DNA of 64,000 nt from Candidatus Eiseniibacteriota bacterium (GTDB taxonomy: Bacteria; Eisenbacteria; RBG-16-71-46; DASYSL01): assembly GCA_050733935.1 (NCBI GenBank), contig JBOHUC010000098.1, forward strand, positions 11,033 to 75,032, written 5' to 3'. The stretch's first letter is position 1; every line of letters begins with the position of its first letter. Below are positions 63,528-64,000 of this stretch, one piece after another. The notes beneath the pieces are model-generated. The model was not told where the DNA came from, did not search any database, and was given only the letters and a program-made list of their open reading frames with translations. Both the position numbers and the translations under genes were made by a program.

Positions 63528-64000
63528 TGACCGACCTCAAGATCCGCACGTTCCCGCGTTCGCTGCCGAAAGCGCTCGAGTCCGTCGCGCGTCTCGTGCC
63601 CGGCTATCGCGGGTATTCGTCGAAGGACGACCGCCGGGAAGAGGACAAGCGCCTGCGCACGCAGATCGCGCGCTGCCTGCGCGAAGCTTCGCAGGACCTG
63701 CACCGTGCCGTGCGCACGCTGCCGTTCGACGGCGTTCCTCCGGGATTGAACCGGCTCGGTCAGGTCGCGAAGCGGATCGATCGCCTGGTCGAGGACGTCG
63801 TGCACTCGGCGTACGGCTATCCCGGGTTCTTCGAGCCCGTGCGCGTGGACGAACGCCGGCTCGAGCTTCTCTACCGCGCGGACATTGCGGTCGCCGAGTC
63901 CGTGCAGGGCGTCACGTCCGAAGTCGAGGCGTGGATCCTCAATCCCGATCTCGAAGCGCGCGGCGGCGAATCACTCGCGAACGTCGAGGTCGCGCTCGAT
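63528..64000 (+). CDS. Hypothetical protein, 5' partial view; the ORF runs off the window end
   Basis: GGAGGAGAA ATG; 157 codons open to nt 64000; diverse composition. Confidence 0.5.

Noticed and set aside
1-64000. tRNA, rRNA and mobile-element scan
   Set aside because: No intergenic segment shows tRNA T-arm or anticodon-arm geometry (GGTTCRANTCC-like). No rRNA-like conserved stretches. No transposase, integrase or recombinase motifs. The only addiction module is higBA.

Overview
This is a 64 kb chromosomal segment with about 69% GC and high gene density, from an uncultured-looking bacterium. Three secreted proteins carry a T9SS/FlgD-Ig-like C-terminal sorting domain, which together with the GC content suggests the FCB group, possibly Gemmatimonadota. 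I found no rRNA or tRNA genes, no CRISPR array, and no transposases or integrases. From 2.4 to 18.7 kb the window is almost entirely plus-strand small genes with overlapping stops and starts. These include five VOC/glyoxalase-fold paralogs, NTF2-like, OsmC, DUF1801, cupin, YciI, two DHFR-family genes, two SAM methyltransferases, a beta-carbonic anhydrase, an M20 peptidase and a MetE-like gene, and the stretch begins with a higBA toxin-antitoxin pair. Five blocks stand out. (1) A minus-strand ECF sigma / zf-HC2 anti-sigma / secreted TPR-CHAT caspase-like protease operon, flanked by two paralogous PAS-histidine-kinase-receiver hybrid sensors. (2) Two tandem paralogous giant secreted proteins of about 1,350 aa, each a GSDH beta-propeller plus PKD plus a T9SS C-terminal domain. 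(3) An intrinsically disordered protein built from 7-aa/21-bp tandem repeats, with a clean intrinsic terminator. (4) A three-gene minus-strand operon of HlyD/membrane-fusion paralogs, one fused to an intramembrane M50 (site-2) metalloprotease and one to tandem GAF domains, with no pump partner. (5) Several unusual non-coding elements: a GTAC-rich nested palindrome, 46-bp tandem repeats upstream of lepB, a 10-bp tandem repeat in a divergent promoter, and an orphan minus-strand terminator. Other oddities are an in-frame amber codon in a DUF1579 gene that has an intact paralog elsewhere in the window, an in-frame GrpB–carboxylesterase fusion, and a probable frameshift. All functional calls come from motif and family recognition by eye; nothing was searched against a database.
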